Assembly (NCBI GenBank): GCA_023920165.1
Contig: CP089279.1
Coordinates: 1,984,001 to 2,048,000, forward strand
Reading direction: 5' to 3'
Source of the DNA: Curvularia clavata
Lineage: Eukaryota
DNA: 64,000 nucleotides
Under the pieces are notes generated by a model, which saw only the letters and a list, made by a program, of their open reading frames with translations, did not search any database and was not told where the DNA came from. Below, one piece after another: positions 60,270 to 64,000 of the stretch. Made by a program: the position numbers and the translations under genes. Numbering within the stretch: the first letter of the stretch is position 1; each line of letters begins with the position of its first letter.

Positions 60270-63055
60270 CTGCCATAGCATAGTCCCCAAAGCATCATGC
60301 ACGCTAGTACCATGCAGCAACAGGTCACAGGTGTAGGCAGTGGCCTCAAACCAGCATCTCCTGTCTGCCTCAAACTTGGTCGATTCCATTTTCCGAGTAT
60401 CATCGGTACCGTTGTAGGAAATCTCCCCGCTTCTATGCAATGCTTCTTCTCCAAAAATATTCTAGTCGAACTTGGTTTTCTTTCCCAAATCGAAATCAAT
60501 TCTTTCCCAACGTTAGAATAGGTTAGAAAAAATTGCTGAAATTTCAAGGTTCGTGCTCGTGCGTAGTCACCGCGGTCTAGGCACTTGGAGAATACTCCCT
60601 TTCAGAATAAGTAGTCGAGTGAATTCAAGAAATGGAGATCATGACTGAGCCTATCAAACCCTTGAGGTTTCCCCTAGCAAAGCGTATGACATGGTCGCCT
60701 TTGGAGCTTTCAGCTCGGATTTTGCTAGTGTAGGGGCAAAGTAGCATCCGAATAAACGTAATGAACATGGGCTATTCATGCCCATCAACTGCGTCTTTTC
60801 TCGCATCTGGTTATCTCTTCTCTAATAATCAAAGATGTTTTCAGTATGTCTTGTAACCCTTCTCTCATTCAACTCAATCATAGCCACAAAACACAGTGTA
60901 GGCATCCTCACTTAATTTGAGAAAACCAATCCTCCCACTGCAGGGCGAAGTCATAAGTACCTAATTTGCTGTTCCACCCGTCTGAAGCTCCAACTGAATT
61001 CAAGGCACTTCTCAATAGCGCGCTTCTGGATATGCTGTTGTCAATCACCACAGTCGACCAATTTATCCCCTAATTATTCCAAGGTAGAACAACCTACCTG
61101 AGAGCCTTTGCCAATCAAGCACTTGGATCAAATCGTATAGATTCGAATCGATGTTTACCCCTTCCATGGTATCGGAGGGCAAGTTGGAAAGAATATCAAT
61201 TAGACTTTGATTAACAATAAAACTACCCACAAGTTCTCCAAACTCCTTCAGCCACTTCTAGTATCACTAGCTACATTTGGTTCCAACCTTTCTCAGAGCA
61301 TTCAACCAGTTACAATACAATTCCTCTATTTTTTTTTTCGGCCATGCCATCGCGGTTTCATCGAATCACATTTCTTGTGTTCCTATCGTAATGCAAGTGG
61401 CTTTTACGGACCAGTTGCCTGGGAAAGGCGAAAATGGCATGTGCAAGAAGTTGACAATGATAGATACTGTGATTAGTAGCTAAAGTTATGACGCACTTTA
61501 TGAATTTAGCTATTCTGATATGATCTGATATCTCTCACGATTCTAGAACAGTAGAGAACATCACAACTTCGAAGGATGGTTTGTATTTTCCTCTCGGAAC
61601 GATGATTTAGCAGTAAACGATCGAAGTGCGTAAGCTTTGCATGACGCATCCTTTCCACCAATCTACGTTAAGTTCTACTTCATGCCAGTAATGTTAGAGT
61701 ATCCCGACTAATCGAAACGACTATGTCTTTAGAGCCGCTTCTCTACACAAGTAGCCTACACTTAAAAGACTGATGATACTGGCTAGACTCAAGACTAGTA
61801 GTGCCACAGAACCGTTATACCGGAGCCAGGGGAACCTATGAGCATGGCTCAAGTGGGGTTGAGACTGCGTTCATAGTGACGTGACAGCTATTCTTAGCGC
61901 CACCTTATCTTGCGCCAAAAGTACCAGTTGTAAAGATCTTTTCGCTCGATGAGGCTTCCCGCAGCGAGCTCAAATTTCATTTTTATCGATAACTCTGAAT
62001 TTTTACTCGATTATTGCACACGCGAGGACTGCCACTGGAACTCCTTATCCTAAAACCTAACTCTTCGTGACTAGACTGCCAAACTTGAGCATTCCCAGTA
62101 TACTTCACTTTGGAGAGACTTCGCTAAAGACCTAATTAAGAAGACTCCAAACTCCCGTTTCTCATTACACAAAGGTTAGTGCTTAGATGCAAATTTGCGC
62201 GTGGTCACATCATTGCCTCGGGATGTAGCGTGTTCTCACATCATCTCCTTCCGGGTAAATATCCTACAATTTCGCCCAAGAAGTGGAAAAGTACAACACC
62301 ACCCCAATGACACAATTTTCTACACACATCATCCAATCATGCCGATGTACAGTATTACTCCCAGCCCTAGACTCCAAACTCTCTCACCCCATTCTAAACC
62401 GAATAGCCAAATACCCAAACCAACCTCAGCGAGTGCCATCTCTTATTCACTACACGCTATTCACTCAATTCGATTCAGCAAAAGATAAAACTATGCTCAT
62501 TTGAGCAACAGTATTCTGATTTTTTGATCTCCTGGTTGAAGTATTTTGAAAATGTTACTTATTTGATAGATATTTTGGTCCATATATCATACCTCCGGGT
62601 GCTGTTACAGCACTCGAGTCAGAGAAACTCTATGCCAGTATATGCGGTTCAGGACTGAGCTCGCCCACTTCCATTACGTTCACTAGTCCGTGTTTGTGAC
62701 GATGATGGAACAACCACTTCTCATGTCCAGTGGGAAAACTGCAGAAAGATATGAGCTTCCTCAAAGACACAGTTTCGTCAAATTACCTTTGGTACCAGAC
62801 CGCGTATTTCCCTTGCTTTCACATAATCAGAAGTCCGGGAGAGATAGATATTAAGCCTTATCTGCTGTATTGAAATACATCTAAACACCCTGGATACCCG
62901 AACGTTTCTCTACGCCACGACTGAGCTTCATAACTTGCGCTTGAGGACGATTTTGTGGAAAACCACATATCGCGGGAGAGTGTGAGGTGGGATGAAAAGT
63001 CGATGCTTGATTTAAGTGCCGTAGTAAAGGTGTTATTGGGATGGGTTTGAGACAT
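60270..63055 (-). pseudogene. Heavily degraded gene relic in a visibly AT-richer block
   Basis: Minus-strand frame near 61331-61098 reads KIEELYCNWLNALRKVGTKCS**Y*KWLKEFGELVGSFIVNQSLIDILSNLPSD. An intact-looking intron follows at 61097-61035 (GTAGGT...ATTGAC...CAG). The boundaries are approximate. Confidence 0.4.
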
Positions 63056-63365
63056 CAGTGCATAATCATTGCAAGTAGGCAGAGTAGGATATGAGGATGA
63101 GAATGAGGAGAGTTGGGTAAGGTATAGAAATTACAGCTGCAGGAATGGTTGGATTAGAGTAAACATGTTTTGATAAACCCGGAAAGGAAAAGAGGATGGA
63201 GATGTTTATGACATTCCAGTGAAGAGTCCAAAGCAAAAGGTCAAGACGTATGAATGCACACCCAAGTTATATGAGCATTACTCCAACATTTGGAAATATT
63301 TGTCAAGGATAAAATACTTTTTCAGGTTCATGGCACGGAAACAGACTATCTACTGAACCATTCCA

Positions 63366-64000
63366 CTACGCTGCTCTCTGTAGTTTAGATAACGTCGCCT
63401 TTCCAGCCCTGCTCTCATTCGGTCTTCCCAGCTGCTCCGAAATCCACTGGCCCACTTCTGCCAGTTTCTCGATATCCACACCAGTATTTGCTCCCAAGCT
63501 ATGGAAGCAGTGAACAAGGTCCTCAGTAGCCACGTTTCCAGTTGCACCGGGGCTGTACGGACAACCTCCCAGGCCACCCACTGCCGCGTCAAATGTGCGA
63601 ATTCCATGCTCAAGAGCGACGACCGAATTGACCAGCGCTTGGCCGTATGTGTCGTGGAAGTGAAGTGCAAGGTCGTTTTTGTCAACACCAGCAGCTTGCA
63701 AGGTCTTCAGAAGCTCCCTTGTCTTGGGTGCAGTGCCCATACCCGTGGTGTCTCCGACGGAGATTTCATCAGCACCCATCTCCAGTAGACTCACAGCCAA
63801 CTCTGCCACTTTGTGAGGGTCAACATTTGGACCTTCATACGGGCAACCGAGCGCAACCGAGATGTACGCGCGCACATTGAGATTCATTTCCTTTGCTTTT
63901 GCCATGATTGGCTCAAAGCGCTTAAGGGATTCCGCTATTGAGCAGTTTGTGTTCTTTTGAGAGAATGACTCGGTCGCTGCCGTGAATATCGAGACTTCGT
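63366..64000 (-). CDS. HMGCL: Hydroxymethylglutaryl-CoA lyase (5'-truncated by the window edge)
   Basis: FSQKNTNCS, VRAYISVALGCPYEG, DEISVGDT, HFHDTYGQAL, GLGGCPYSPGATGNVATED. Confidence 0.93.
   Translation of the reverse strand, partial: EVSIFTAATESFSQKNTNCSIAESLKRFEPIMAKAKEMNLNVRAYISVALGCPYEGPNVDPHKVAELAVSLLEMGADEISVGDTTGMGTAPKTRELLKTLQAAGVDKNDLALHFHDTYGQALVNSVVALEHGIRTFDAAVGGLGGCPYSPGATGNVATEDLVHCFHSLGANTGVDIEKLAEVGQWISEQLGRPNESRAGKATLSKLQRAA

Overview
Gene-dense 64-kb segment of a filamentous ascomycete (Pezizomycotina) nuclear chromosome. Short GT-AG introns of ~45-110 nt with CTRAC/CTAAT branch sites support this; a Dothideomycete origin is only a guess. About 27 intact protein genes can be assembled, mostly housekeeping: YPD1, mitochondrial AAT, GEP3, MNN11-like, PMI-like, MRPL24, PTH2, GET2, MFG1/PtaB, VMA2, LeuRS, TRP2, NFU1 and HMG-CoA lyase. 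There are also three apparent gene relics. The highlights are: (1) a compact five-enzyme cluster at 38.7-46.8 kb (myo-inositol oxygenase, aldo-keto reductase, KduD-type SDR, IdnD-like Zn dehydrogenase, Gfo/Idh/MocA dehydrogenase) that reads as an inositol/glucuronate catabolic pathway, with a repeated TTCGGCG motif in two of its promoters; (2) a non-coding, micro-exon host transcript carrying snR190-like and U14 snoRNAs in separate introns, with an unexplained structured middle intron; (3) a KamA-type lysine 2,3-aminomutase with a likely mitochondrial presequence; (4) an unassigned intergenic region with nested G-U-containing helices at ~4.5-5.6 kb; (5) a 3-nt micro-exon in AAT; and (6) a PMI paralog that appears to lack the conserved active-site Arg. 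All family assignments come from recalled motifs, not database searches. Exon boundaries were read by eye.
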